A stretch of 64,000 nt of DNA from a virus. Its lineage: Duplodnaviria; Caudoviricetes. Under the pieces are notes generated by a model. That model made no database searches, had not been told where the DNA came from, and saw only the letters and a program-made list of their open reading frames with translations. Positions 20,339-31,913 of this stretch are shown here, piece after piece (positions within the stretch are counted from its first letter, which is position 1; every line of letters starts with the position of its first letter). The DNA lies in IMG/VR virus record IMGVR_UViG_3300021431_000090, positions 32,001-96,000 of that record; one strand, given 5' to 3'. The position numbers were made by a program, and so were the translations under genes.

Positions 20339-21496
20339 CTACAAAAGCTCTGCACATAGGTCTGAGCCGACCGTTTTTAAGTGCTGATTCGTCAAATGTC
20401 CATAAATATTGCCGGTTGTTTGGATATCAGAATGACCAAGCCACTCCTGAACATCTTTAAGATTATGCCCGGATTCAAGCAATATACTCGCACACGAATG
20501 TCTTAAATCGTGTAGCCGTATATCCGGCATACCGTGTCGTGCAAGAATCTTATGAAAAGTTTTCGTGATATAGTCTGGCGAGTATGGCCTCCCGTCATCC
20601 CATTTGAAGACATAATCATTTTTAACGTATCTGTCGCCGAGAAGCTTTTCATTGTTCTCCTCTTTCGCTTTCGCATCAGCGAATATCTTCTCGATCTCTG
20701 GCGTCATTGGATATGTTCTGTAGCTATCGTCTGTCTTGGTGTCGTCTTTCTCTACCAGCTTGCTGCATCTGCACACGACGTGTTTGATTACGACGCGCTT
20801 ACTTTCAAAGTCTAGACTATCCCATTTTAGTCCAAGCAGTTCGCTTCTCCTTAGTCCATACAACGCCGTGACGATGATAAGAGGAGCGAGAGGCTCGTCT
20901 TTGACAGCTTTAAACAGCTCCTTCATTTGGGCTGACGCATAGAACGACGGTTTAAATTTTTGTTTCTTCGGCCGTTTGATTCTGTCGACAGGATTATCTT
21001 GGATACGCTTCTTGTCTACAGCGTCGGCACAAATCACACTCAACACAGTGAGGTAATTTCTAACCGACTTATTCGATAGCGAACCGCCTGTTTTAACATT
21101 GCCGTATTCTGAGAGATGACTAGCAAATTGTTGTACCGCTTCAGGCGTTAAGTCCTGTATGTCAACCTTGTGCTGCTTGAAATATGGGACGATATGTTTT
21201 TCGACGCCTATCTTATAGCCTTGATATGTGATTGGGTCGTAAATGTGCTCGGCGTATTTAATCCATTCTTCAGCATAGTCTGCTACAGGAATCTTTTTCG
21301 TTGCCAATACTTCCGACGATACATCACGATACTCTTCAAGCGTATCATCGAGGAACTTCTTTGCGGCACGTTTGTTATGCCCGTCAATGCTCAGCTTGGT
21401 GGATATCCATTTCTGTTTCCTATTGCCATTCTCGTCCGTAATATTGAGTACGGCATAGTACATATTCTTTTTAATTTGTAAGCTTCCTGTTATCAT
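20339..21496 (-). CDS. int: Phage integrase (tyrosine recombinase with arm-binding domain)
   Basis: YGLRRSELLGLKW, RLHDLRHS, LGHSDIQTTGNIY; SD GGAGGTG before ATG at 21496. Confidence 0.93.
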   Translation of the reverse strand: MITGSLQIKKNMYYAVLNITDENGNRKQKWISTKLSIDGHNKRAAKKFLDDTLEEYRDVSSEVLATKKIPVADYAEEWIKYAEHIYDPITYQGYKIGVEKHIVPYFKQHKVDIQDLTPEAVQQFASHLSEYGNVKTGGSLSNKSVRNYLTVLSVICADAVDKKRIQDNPVDRIKRPKKQKFKPSFYASAQMKELFKAVKDEPLAPLIIVTALYGLRRSELLGLKWDSLDFESKRVVIKHVVCRCSKLVEKDDTKTDDSYRTYPMTPEIEKIFADAKAKEENNEKLLGDRYVKNDYVFKWDDGRPYSPDYITKTFHKILARHGMPDIRLHDLRHSCASILLESGHNLKDVQEWLGHSDIQTTGNIYGHLTNQHLKTVGSDLCAELL

Positions 21497-21561
21497 ATTA
21501 CACCTCCGTTGAACGGAAGCCATGACATATATGTATTTCGATTATAAATGACGGAGGAAGA

Positions 21562-21744
21562 TTATTCAAGTACAGAGACAGCCACAAACCTAATCACCTC
21601 TGATTTTGGAATAAGGTATGGTTTACCAATATCGAGTCGTTTAATTTTCTTTTCTTTTACAAGCTGATATGCTCTATATTTTTTAACGTGCAGCATTTCT
21701 GCTAGTTCATCTATGTCAACTACATCTTTAAATTGTTCAAACAT
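21562..21744 (-). CDS. xis: Excisionase-like HTH protein
   Basis: 60-aa 'VDIDELAEML...AYQLV...I......YLIPKSEV' HTH_17 pattern upstream of int. Confidence 0.75.
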   Translation of the reverse strand: MFEQFKDVVDIDELAEMLHVKKYRAYQLVKEKKIKRLDIGKPYLIPKSEVIRFVAVSVLE

Positions 21745-22918
21745 GCACTTCTCCTAAAAAAGCTGCAGAAATTTTATGACTTTGTGTAGTTTTCTGCAGC
21801 TATTTTCTATTCATTTGTGTGTCCCTATCTTCGAAATAAGGCTCTATTTAAATGCCTATCGTTTCTCCTGTTCACAATGTCTTCACCAGACGTTTCATTG
21901 TGCCCATCTACTCCGATAGGCATTAAAGACATTTAAGTTACTGACAACATATAACCAAAGTTTGCGCTATTTTACATATTGCTATGATTATTAAACAGAT
22001 CCCAAATAATGTAGAATCAAACTGTCCATTTAAATTACTACCAATTTACTTTCATAGAAGCTATGACTTGAGCAATATTAAGTAACCAATCATTCCCAGT
22101 ATTATTTGTCTTACTTCTGAAAAATTATACATATCGTCTGGGTCAAGGTCCTTCAACATCCACTTCGCATAATCAATCGCTTCATCGATTTTTTCGTTTT
22201 CCATACTTCACTCCTAAAGTTCCCATATTCCAACAATAAGAATACAACAGGTATAAAGGGTAAATACCAACATTGAACCTGCTGCCACTTTATGAATCCA
22301 GTGTCTCTCATTGTCTTCATTGACAATTGATGAACCCACTAACAGCGGTGTCAGAAAAAATAGCGTATACCACAGTTTTGCCACAACTTCCACAATATCC
22401 ATACGTTCACATCAATCTGGATAAAAAGCAATGCTACTGTATATGAGGCCTTCATACTGGAGAACATGATATTCAATATCTTGCGATTGTTCTTGATTCA
22501 TAGACATTTCAGAAACTTTACATATAGAATTATCCATCTGTTTTATTGCAAACTCATTGTAACTTGTACTGTTCGACTGCTTTTCATTTTCTTCATCGTA
22601 CCTCGTACGAGGGCAAACATAGTAACGGCATCTGCCATACATTATACAATCTTCGCACATCATATTATTTTTGCCACTTCTCGAATACCAAGTCTATAGT
22701 ATCTATTACACACTTATGTTTTCAATCATCTTCATCGACCTTCGGACTATAGCAGCTCATAAACGGGTCGCTAGGCTCGCAGGCACTACACGGTTTGCCG
22801 TCACCAGAAGACGGCGGCTCAAATACACATCCATCACACGACCATGTATTTTTTGTTACATGGTCGTTTTCTTTTCTCTGTTTCATAAGTTTGTTAAATA
22901 TGTCAAGCTCAAGGCTCA

Positions 22919-23542
22919 TTAGTTATCGAACCAGAAGACAATTCTGAAATTCTTCGCATTATCATTATACTTCTTCTCTTTTTCTTCTTCACTTAAGAAG
23001 TCCCAGATCCAGAACTCTTCTGCCATCCTTCCTTTAATTGCGTCCACAAGGCCGTCTAACACAGAGTATGGGACAAGCCAGCTTCTCTGTACATAGCTTT
23101 TGTCAGAAGTCCATCTGCACCATTCTTTCGGGATCGTGCCGAACTCATCAAGATAGAACGCATCTGTGCTGGAAATCATCCCGGTTACTTTATAAAATGG
23201 CCGTTTTGCTTTGTATGCGAATAATTCGCTAGCGAGAAACCAACTATGTGAATGCCCATCTGCTCCCCACCACTCTGACTCTTCCTTGACCTTTTTGCTT
23301 ACGTCAACAGGCAGCCCTCGTGGATCATCTATTGGCGTTACGTCTCCGCTGTTTCTAACGTCAGCGAGTGTAGCGAATAGTGTATAATTTCTGTCGCTGA
23401 ATATAGGCTCTACGATCCACTCTCTCTCACGAGTGTATGTATCATCCTTCTCATAGTATGGATTCAGTTTAAAATGATCACAACACCACCATTTGCCGTC
23501 AGGCAGCTTACATTCTGTGTAAACGTGGATATCGCATCCCAT
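22919..23542 (-). CDS. Conserved phage hypothetical protein (MGCDIH...FWFDN family)
   Basis: SD AGGAG before ATG at 23542; 'RNY.LF..LA.VRN...PRGLP.D...HSHSW' motif. Confidence 0.7.
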   Translation of the reverse strand: MGCDIHVYTECKLPDGKWWCCDHFKLNPYYEKDDTYTREREWIVEPIFSDRNYTLFATLADVRNSGDVTPIDDPRGLPVDVSKKVKEESEWWGADGHSHSWFLASELFAYKAKRPFYKVTGMISSTDAFYLDEFGTIPKEWCRWTSDKSYVQRSWLVPYSVLDGLVDAIKGRMAEEFWIWDFLSEEEKEKKYNDNAKNFRIVFWFDN

Positions 23543-23771
23543 ATGTAATACTCCTATTCTTTTGTAGTGTGCACTGTGAATACTGACGAGAGCAGTATTA
23601 GGATAAGCCATACTCCAAATGAAACTTTCCATCCAAACCACGACTGTCCAAATGCACACATAATAAGATACAACATACCTGTTGTAAGCAGGTAACTAAG
23701 TGCTAACCCACCAACCAGTATGATTATTATCAATGCGGCTGTAATCCAGCCGCTATGATCTTTCTGACTTT

Positions 23772-24221
23772 TCATGATCCTGTTGATCCAAACCCTCCTT
23801 CGGCGCGTTCAGTTTCATCTAATTCATCGACAGTTATGAACTCCATTGGCATATATTCAATAACGACAAGCTGGGCGATTCGCTCACCGCCAACAACCAT
23901 CTGTTCTACTTCGGAGTCGTTATGCAAAGCGACAATTATCTCACCTCTGTAGTCGCTATCGACAACACCAACAGCGTTAGCAGGTCTGAGTCCGCGTTTC
24001 GTTGCTACTCCGCTCCTGGCGAATATAGCACCGAAGTATCCTTCTGGAATACTCATCGCAAGCCCTGTATGTATCTTTACTGTCTGATGCGGCTTGATTA
24101 TGACGGATTCGTTATTATCCATGCATGCGTACAGGTCGTAGCCAGCCGCATACTCCGACCCGTGAGTAGGTACAACAGCGTTTTCGTTCAGTTTCTTTAC
24201 TTTGACTTCAGACTTCTGCAT
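23772..24221 (-). CDS. dut: Trimeric dUTPase
   Basis: AGYDL, ARSG, GVVDSDYRGE, ERIAQL, RAEGGFGSTG motifs. Confidence 0.96.
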   Translation of the reverse strand: MQKSEVKVKKLNENAVVPTHGSEYAAGYDLYACMDNNESVIIKPHQTVKIHTGLAMSIPEGYFGAIFARSGVATKRGLRPANAVGVVDSDYRGEIIVALHNDSEVEQMVVGGERIAQLVVIEYMPMEFITVDELDETERAEGGFGSTGS

Positions 24222-25558
24222 TAGTTTTCGTCTCCATCGAATACAATTATTGTATATATGTTATCAATAAGCATCTCACATGCTTCCTGGCTATTATATG
24301 AACCTTCATAATAACCGCCAAGAAGTTCGTTGATGAGACTAAGTTTAATATCATCGCTCATAGTTTAAGTTATGTACTCCTTAAAATCTGTAATTATTAT
24401 TGTTCTGTGAATATATGTATGCCAGCCCAACCATCAGCAAGACCCAGATTGCGAAGTGTATCGTCTGCATATTGGATTATCCTTCTGTGTATCGCCAAAT
24501 GATATCTTCCAGCTCATCAGTCCAGTCTATAGGGAATGATTTGTCGGCAATCATATAGCGATGCATCGCGTCAGCAATCTCAATAAGTCTCTCTGTGTCT
24601 CGAATTTTTCTGGGTTTGATCCCAAGAGGCGGCTTCACTCCTACTGTTTGCTTTCCCTGTTCATTCGGCATATTCAGTATCTCCATTCCGATAATCATCC
24701 TCTTCTTCCTCCGTATGTATATAGGTACTACGACGTAATTCTTCATCAAATGCTTTCATCTCTCTGCTAAATATCTTATCCGAAACATCGGAATACTCTG
24801 ATACTATTTTTTGAAATTCGCTAATACGTATCTCATCATTGAGTGTTTTATTTTTTAGCTCAGAGAAAAGATTTCTAGCCTCAACGCTTGTCATTGAATC
24901 ATTGAAATATGACATCGCCTTCATCTTCCTCTTCAAATATGTAGTATTCTATTTCCGCTCCGCAATTCGTACAGTGGCACGTGTGTATAATGCCTGGCCT
25001 TGCTATACCATAATCTGATGTATCGTAATCGGCGTCCCAAATTACGGTTTTCTCGCCGCAGTGGAAGCATTCGTACATATTTATTCTTCTTTTGCCGTCG
25101 CGCAGAGCTTCATGAAATCTGGCTTGGATTTTTGATGGATGATACTCTGCATCTTTTCAGAAGCAAGCTCATGTGTTAAAACGGGACGTCCGAGCAACTC
25201 CTCAAGATATTGGTATGCATATTTTGTATTATCCCCGCTTAGCATACAGTACCCTGTATAAGCTTCTACAATTGCGCATTCTCTTATAGTCATTCAATCA
25301 ATCCTTCATACCCGAAGCTATCGAGTAGTCCTTTTATGTTGCTTTTAAATAAGTACGTATTAAGCATGACGCTTACACAGCCATCCAGATTTAGTATGCT
25401 TACACTGTCGATATCCATATCATACGTCTGGTCGCGATCTGTGTCCCCATGGTCAAGGCATATGTGAATATCTGCATCACCGTGTCCAGCCTCAATAACC
25501 CCGTTAAGGAACCCAGCGAGCTCCTTAACGGCCATCTTATTTGATTTAGACATAAGTC

Positions 25559-26761
25559 TTAGCCAATAACGGTAATACCATCAATGATAAGGTCAAAGTA
25601 CGGCGCAGACCTTGTCTCGGACTCGTGGAAGAATCCGTCCCAGATGCATTCATTACCTTCATAGAAAGCAACCTGGTCATATGTCGTCATCGTTTCTCCG
25701 TCTTTTGTCCACGTTGCGGTATCGAACACATGAAGTTCTCCGTTAAGGATAAGAGACTTAACTTCCTCAAGAGCATATGCTGTGCCATCTGCGGCAACTT
25801 TCTCGTTTAATTCAGTAAGCTCGACACTACCGGCCTCGATTGTTCCGCACCAATCAGTAGCATAATTACTGCCATCCTTAACAGAGCTAATTGCATACTC
25901 GAAATACGGCTGCCAATTGATTCTGGAAGAGATAATGTATGTATTCGGGCAAGCTGCAAGAGTAGAGCCATTGTAAGATACATTCGGAACACCAGCTGAC
26001 TCACAAGCATTAGGTGCACCCATAGAGTCTGCGTGCTGAGAAATAAGAACTGCGCCAGCGTCAATCAGCGCATTCGCGGCTTCCTTTTCTGCTGTTTCAT
26101 CAAACCATGATCCAGTGTAGATTACTTTCATAGTTACGCTCGGGCAAACGTATTTTGCACCGAGGTAGAAAGATGTGTATCCAGAGATGACTTCTGCATA
26201 AGGGAGAGCGCCTACATAACCAATAATAGCTTCTTCTGGCGTAATCTTTTCTGCTTCGATCATCTCATTGATTTTCATACCGGCAGCTACACCAGCGAGG
26301 AAACGTCCCTCAAAGATCGTGGCAAATGCGTTATGGTAATTGGCGATTCCTGCACTATTTGCGGTATCACCAGTGCATGACGTGAACTGAGTATCTGGGT
26401 ACTCCTGTGCAGCTTGCATGATAAATTGTTGATGACCATAGCTGTCAGAAAATACCACTGCGCATCCATCGTCAGCTAACATCGCAGCGGCTTCATATGC
26501 TTCGGAGTTCTCACCGACAAGAGTTTTAATTACAGGTGTTGCACCAGTCTGCGCACAAGCCTCTTTGAATGCTGTAATAAAGTTTGCATCATAACCGGAG
26601 TTTTCATCATGCAGGCAGATCAACCCGGCTTTGATTGGAGCGGTCGTTTCTTCAGCAACCGTTTCAACAGGCTCAACAACCGTAGCTGTCTTCTCTGAGC
26701 CGCAAGCAACAAGTGTGAGCGCAAGTACGCAGACTAAAACAAGTGAAATAATCTTCTTCAT
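25559..26761 (-). CDS. BMP-family (PnrA-like) nucleoside-binding lipoprotein
   Basis: Lipobox LVAC; 'DSYGH', 'EGRFLAGVAAG', 'TGSWFD', 'SQHAD' BMP motifs. Confidence 0.88.
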   Translation of the reverse strand: MKKIISLVLVCVLALTLVACGSEKTATVVEPVETVAEETTAPIKAGLICLHDENSGYDANFITAFKEACAQTGATPVIKTLVGENSEAYEAAAMLADDGCAVVFSDSYGHQQFIMQAAQEYPDTQFTSCTGDTANSAGIANYHNAFATIFEGRFLAGVAAGMKINEMIEAEKITPEEAIIGYVGALPYAEVISGYTSFYLGAKYVCPSVTMKVIYTGSWFDETAEKEAANALIDAGAVLISQHADSMGAPNACESAGVPNVSYNGSTLAACPNTYIISSRINWQPYFEYAISSVKDGSNYATDWCGTIEAGSVELTELNEKVAADGTAYALEEVKSLILNGELHVFDTATWTKDGETMTTYDQVAFYEGNECIWDGFFHESETRSAPYFDLIIDGITVIG

Positions 26762-26781
26762 TTCGTTTCTCCTTTATTCAA

Positions 26782-27372
26782 TTAATTATTTGTTTCAGAG
26801 TCATACAGCTCTGTGAGATGTTTCATAATATCGTCGAAGTTTTCAAAATCTCCGTTTTCTGCCGTATACAGAATCATTCCATAAAGAAGCTGATTGATGC
26901 TAAAACTTCTTCTCCAGCCCTTTTCGTTGAGCTGTGTATTACGAATATCGAAATAATGGAAGAAGTCTTTTTTGTCTGCAATCCGTTTGATCTCTTCTAC
27001 AAGATGGTTGAGCACATCCTGAGTGTCGCCTTTCTCGTTATCGATGATATCTAGCAGTTTCTGTGCCATCCATTTCCACCCAAAGAGGCATCCTGTTTCG
27101 CACATCGACCCAATTGCACTCTGTTCTGGAGACATTACAACGAAGTCGCTGTTCCATAAGCGGTTGATATCTGCTTCCGTTATTTTCTCAGCGAGCTTGT
27201 TATTCTCTTCTTCCGTTACGGAATTCTTGTCATTGATTGATTTGTTCTGTACCGGGCTGTATACATTCACGTTCAACCCGAGCTCATTAAATTTGTCGTA
27301 TTCATACTGTCTGGCAAGATTTGAGCCGAAGCTCATAATATCCCCGCCAAGATATCCGAGAGGTTTTTTATC
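26782..27372 (-). CDS. Nucleoside 2-deoxyribosyltransferase-like protein
   Basis: 'YLGG...VYSP...I..AD......SD......GS..E.G' NDT/Rcl pattern. Confidence 0.65.
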   Translation of the reverse strand, partial: DKKPLGYLGGDIMSFGSNLARQYEYDKFNELGLNVNVYSPVQNKSINDKNSVTEEENNKLAEKITEADINRLWNSDFVVMSPEQSAIGSMCETGCLFGWKWMAQKLLDIIDNEKGDTQDVLNHLVEEIKRIADKKDFFHYFDIRNTQLNEKGWRRSFSINQLLYGMILYTAENGDFENFDDIMKHLTELYDSETNN

Positions 27373-27554
27373 CATTAAGTTCCCTTTCAAATTCCGGCAT
27401 TGCATAATTCTGAAATTTTTCAGACTTTTTGCACTGTTCTTTTTGTTTTAGGCCACAGTATGGGCAGTAATCAAACAGCTGCTGCCCATAATCTGTGTCC
27501 CAGTATGCTTCGTGTCTGCAACGCGAGCATTCCCAAAACCCGTAATTCTTATCG

Positions 27555-28808
27555 TTAGTTCGCCACATCTTCTTTAAGGAGGAGATTTATTACGACGCCG
27601 CAAACAAGCGCAAGTGCTGTTCCACTCAGTGCAAATGTCGTTCCGCCTACAGCGATTCCGCTAATACCAATCGACAGAGGAATTGCTACGGTCAAAAGAT
27701 TTTTCTGATTGTTAAGATCGACATTTTTCAGCATCTTTACACCACTAATTGCGATATATGCGTAGAGGATAATCGAGCATCCACCGAACACGCAGCTCGG
27801 AATAGATGCGATAAATGCCTGAACTGGCGCAAGGAAAGCAAGCATCATTAGGAATAAAGCGGCGACGAACGTTACAATTGTCGATGCTACTTTAGAGAAT
27901 CCTACACATGCCACACCTTCTCCATAGCTGCAGATACCAAGTCCGCCAAATACAGAGCCAACAAGATTTGCTACACCTTCGCCGATGAAGATCTTGCCAA
28001 GACCAGGTTCTTTATATAGGTCTACACCAACGACTCCACTGAGTGCTGCATGGTCGCTCAAGCATTCACACATTGCGCTTACCGTATAAGCAATGTAAAC
28101 AACAATAATCGGTAAAATCGTTGCAAGCGGGACTATAGTCCAGTGTTTAATTGCAAGATCCGGCAACGCAAACAGCCTAAGGTTCTGGAATACACTGAAG
28201 TCAACTATCTGGCAAACACCTGTTACTGTAAGAAGTACTGCAACGGCATATCCAGCAAGCGTACCGATAAGGAACGGCAGTATCTTTGCGAGCCCTTTTG
28301 CATAGTGGCTAACAAGTGCCGTAATCAATGCAGTAAACAGCGCAATACCTACACCGTACATATTTGTTACGCCATTAATCTGAACGTATGTATTAATGAA
28401 TCCCATCAGAGAGATACCTATAACCATAGTGACCGCACCGATTAATGCCTTTGGAAATACTTTATAGATATTTTCAACCGGGATTCTTGTAAAGATTGTT
28501 CCGAAGATGCCGTATACAATACACGTTACAAGCCCGCCAACTGCAACTGCCGAGTAGCCTCCAGCCGCAAGTGCCATCATTACAGGTGCAACAAACGCAC
28601 CAGAATTAGACACGAACATTGGCGATTTAAATTTGGTAACTATGCAGTAAATAATCGTGGCAAGTCCAGCACCGAATAGTGCTCCGCTTACTGCAACACC
28701 ACATATATTTGCGATTAATACTGTTGCAACAAACACAGACAAAAGCATCTGTAATGAGTACAACAGGAGTTCGCCAATCGGCGGCTTATCGTCTATTTTG
28801 TAAATCAT
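27555..28808 (-). CDS. NCS2 uracil/xanthine permease (UraA/PyrP-like)
   Basis: Multi-TM; 'SNSGAFV', 'SYGE', 'SIPSCVFGG' NCS2 signatures. Confidence 0.88.
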   Translation of the reverse strand: MIYKIDDKPPIGELLLYSLQMLLSVFVATVLIANICGVAVSGALFGAGLATIIYCIVTKFKSPMFVSNSGAFVAPVMMALAAGGYSAVAVGGLVTCIVYGIFGTIFTRIPVENIYKVFPKALIGAVTMVIGISLMGFINTYVQINGVTNMYGVGIALFTALITALVSHYAKGLAKILPFLIGTLAGYAVAVLLTVTGVCQIVDFSVFQNLRLFALPDLAIKHWTIVPLATILPIIVVYIAYTVSAMCECLSDHAALSGVVGVDLYKEPGLGKIFIGEGVANLVGSVFGGLGICSYGEGVACVGFSKVASTIVTFVAALFLMMLAFLAPVQAFIASIPSCVFGGCSIILYAYIAISGVKMLKNVDLNNQKNLLTVAIPLSIGISGIAVGGTTFALSGTALALVCGVVINLLLKEDVAN

Positions 28809-28983
28809 AATTCTTCTCCTTCCCGGTCAGCATGTTCCACATATTCTCCCGATTTCTCTTTATAAATTGTCTGCGTTCAAATAAAAACCGCATTTTATTA
28901 TTGAGATAACCGAGAAACTGTATCTGCCTTGCTGCTTCTTCAGGTGTTAAAACTACTTCCTTTTCTTCCAATAATCACATCTC

Positions 28984-29463
28984 CTAACTTATACGCTCTC
29001 CATACTGGTTCGGAGAAGCGAGAAAGACACCAAGTACTTTATCGAAGTGCCTGTCATAATGTGGCAGGTACCGCCCATACTTCATCACTATATTCTCATA
29101 CTTCTGAAGTTCTGCTACCTGATCTTCTATCTCATCTTTACTATATCCTGTATAGATAACGATATCATCTTTACATTTGAACTTCTTTCGAAGTGACTTT
29201 GTAAATGCGAGGATTTCATCAAATGAATCCATTGGCTCAAGCCCGGCGAATACAATTGCGTGAGTGATGTCGTTTGACAGGTATCTGTTGATGATATCAT
29301 CGTTTTTCATCGTGATTGTTTTCTGAGTCGCGAGCGCACTATTTTGGCACCAGCGGCCACCGCTCTCTATATCACATTTAAATGAACATATGCTCGTTGC
29401 AATGTACATTGACGGTATCTTGTAGTTAATAAAATCCTCGTCAAGAATCCCCTTTAGATGCAT
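28984..29463 (-). CDS. nrdG: Anaerobic RNR activating enzyme
   Basis: 'CSFKC...CQN', 'GLEP', 'IYTGY', 'KYGRY', 'LASPNQY'; near nrdD. Confidence 0.85.
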   Translation of the reverse strand: MHLKGILDEDFINYKIPSMYIATSICSFKCDIESGGRWCQNSALATQKTITMKNDDIINRYLSNDITHAIVFAGLEPMDSFDEILAFTKSLRKKFKCKDDIVIYTGYSKDEIEDQVAELQKYENIVMKYGRYLPHYDRHFDKVLGVFLASPNQYGERIS

Positions 29464-29759
29464 TCGTCACCGCTGTATCTTTCTTTTAAGTTCTTGACGT
29501 ACTCTTCGCCTAACGGAGTAAGTGAGAACAAAGCATCGCCTGGTATATATCCATCTTGCGCCTCTTTGATTGCGTCTCTTACTTCCTTGTAATCCAGTGT
29601 CGTAGAGACAGTTCTAATGTCGCCATCGTAATAAATCTTTGCTTCGATTTTCACTTCCAGAGCTGTCTCTGGGATTGCAAGTACTATGTACTCCTGGTCA
29701 AGCTCTATTTCTTCCCCTTGGTTCCATTCATTTGTATTCTGTTTGCCCATACACACCTC

Positions 29760-31685
29760 TTACTGCATAACACCATCATTCGACAAGACGTTCATCCAAC
29801 GTCGTTTGTCAAATTCTGTCTTGCGAATCTTCTGGTAGCTACTTGTTGGAGTGTAGAATCCGACTACGCGAGCGTAGGTGTCCGCTATTGGTTCTCCGCA
29901 TACTGGACACTTTGGCTCACCAATAAATGCATGCTTGTGTTTGCATACACTGATCTTGGTTGTAAATGCAAAGTAGATAACGCCGTGCGAAGCCACATAA
30001 TTCAGCATATCCCAAGCAGTCTCTTCATTGGAAAAACGATTTTCGATATTGATATGTGCGATACATCCTCCGCCACATTTCTTATCGAAGAGAGAGCCGA
30101 GTCTACACTTCTCCTGAATCGTACATTTCTCCATAAGAGGAATCCACTGGTTACTGTAGATGAAGTATTTGTTCTGTTCGAAGAGCAGGTTGTCTGCCTG
30201 GCAGATAACACCAGCACAGTTTTCTGCCGGAATCATCTCAATATTAAATGAGAAGTCGCAATCAAAGCTGTCTTTTACTTCGTTCATCACATCAAGGATT
30301 TCAGATGCGAAATCTACTGCATCATCGGAGTAGCTCTTGCATCCAAGCTCGTCTGTGTTGATTAGTCCAAACAGATCCATCACTTCGTACATACCAATTC
30401 CGCCAATTGTGCAGAACTGTTTGTCTAATTCTACAGCGCCATCCTGATAATTAGGCAAAAGCCCCTTTTCGATGTTGCGTTTTATGATATGTCGCATAGA
30501 TGTAAGGGCTTTGCAGTCAAGAAGAACTCTGTCGCGGAGGATTTTAATATATTTTTTCCTATTCAAACCACTCTCATATGCTATTCTCACGAGGTTTATT
30601 GTACTTACACGACAAGATCCTACAGAAAGCGCTGTGCCGCCGATCGAATTAATGAATGCGTCAAGCTTTTTAGTATCACTCAGCAGTCTACAGCAGTTGG
30701 AAAGCACACCAACATTATCACTGACAAAGAAATTCGAGTCAGACCACTTGATATTATGCGCAGAGCACCACCGCGCAAACGGTTCATCGACAAATTTGCT
30801 GTCCTGATAGAGCAAAGAATACGTCAAGACCGGGTAAGTAAACATATTTTGCTCTCTCGTTTCGCTTACAACGTCCATAAAAACCTTCTGACACTCAATC
30901 AGGTCTTCGATATGGTCGATTGCAAGCGTACCATCAGGGAAAACCGTGCCGCCGAACAGAGATTCGAGGTACGGCCTGTCAAAAACAGACACATTTGTGA
31001 ACGCGCTCTGGTCAATTCTGAGAAACGGTTGGTTCAGCCGGTAGATTAACTTCTGGAATTGCTGCCTCAGGTAGTAATCCGGGTCTTTCATGTAGTAACC
31101 TTCTTCTACATCCTTCTTCCAGAAGTACCACGCCCAAATTAATACGTTCGGCATACCAACGGCACCGCTCTGCCTATTGGAAAGGAAGCTTACAAACTCG
31201 ATTACGTCGTCAAAGTATGTAGTAAGGTGTTTTGGCGGCTGATTATTATAGTTATCAAGGAAGAAAAGTCCCTCTGTTGCCAGTCTTGTAAAGTCATTCG
31301 CCCAACAGTACGGGAAATAGCTTGCCGTTGTGCTGTCGTTTAGGTAAAATGCGCGGCTGAATTCCGCTTCGAGCCATTGCTTTGCGGTTCTGAGGCCCCA
31401 CATCTTTTTGATCTCTGTAAAGATCTTGTTCAGACCAAATAATTTATCTTCGGCCTTGCCTTTTTCTGTCATAAAACTTCGGATGTCTTTATGATTCGCA
31501 TTCGCGTTCGGGTCGATACTGGAATCCGCCACCGTGTCTTTGTCTACGAAGTTATCTATAAATTCAGAGAAGTCAAGCTGGCTCGGATGAAGGCCGTTGA
31601 TGTACTCAAAATCTTCTCCGTACTTCTTTTTTAACTCTTCAAGGCACCTCTCAAAATCTCTGGAAAGTTTCAGTTGTATATCCAT
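29760..31685 (-). CDS. nrdD: Class III anaerobic ribonucleotide reductase
   Basis: 'SNCCRL', 'PAEN', C-terminal Zn motif and glycyl-radical 'RVVGF'. Confidence 0.93.
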   Translation of the reverse strand: MDIQLKLSRDFERCLEELKKKYGEDFEYINGLHPSQLDFSEFIDNFVDKDTVADSSIDPNANANHKDIRSFMTEKGKAEDKLFGLNKIFTEIKKMWGLRTAKQWLEAEFSRAFYLNDSTTASYFPYCWANDFTRLATEGLFFLDNYNNQPPKHLTTYFDDVIEFVSFLSNRQSGAVGMPNVLIWAWYFWKKDVEEGYYMKDPDYYLRQQFQKLIYRLNQPFLRIDQSAFTNVSVFDRPYLESLFGGTVFPDGTLAIDHIEDLIECQKVFMDVVSETREQNMFTYPVLTYSLLYQDSKFVDEPFARWCSAHNIKWSDSNFFVSDNVGVLSNCCRLLSDTKKLDAFINSIGGTALSVGSCRVSTINLVRIAYESGLNRKKYIKILRDRVLLDCKALTSMRHIIKRNIEKGLLPNYQDGAVELDKQFCTIGGIGMYEVMDLFGLINTDELGCKSYSDDAVDFASEILDVMNEVKDSFDCDFSFNIEMIPAENCAGVICQADNLLFEQNKYFIYSNQWIPLMEKCTIQEKCRLGSLFDKKCGGGCIAHINIENRFSNEETAWDMLNYVASHGVIYFAFTTKISVCKHKHAFIGEPKCPVCGEPIADTYARVVGFYTPTSSYQKIRKTEFDKRRWMNVLSNDGVMQ

Positions 31686-31700
31686 ATTAAATTACCGACC

Positions 31701-31913
31701 TCACTGTTCATTAGCCCATTTTATTGCGTCAACAAAACCCAGAAGCTTATCGCCAACCTTCAGAGCTGGCGCTGATACCATTCCAAGCTTCAGCATCTCA
31801 TCTACGTCGTAATTAATAATGAAGTCGATGCCCTTCTCTTTCAATCTCCCCTCTAGCACTGCGCATTTTGGACAGTTCGTAGAGTACATTACAATATCAT
31901 CCATCAACATCAC
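31701..31913 (-). CDS. Glutaredoxin-like (NrdH-like) protein
   Basis: CPKC motif; 'SAPAL.VGD'. Confidence 0.8.
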   Translation of the reverse strand: MMLMDDIVMYSTNCPKCAVLEGRLKEKGIDFIINYDVDEMLKLGMVSAPALKVGDKLLGFVDAIKWANEQ

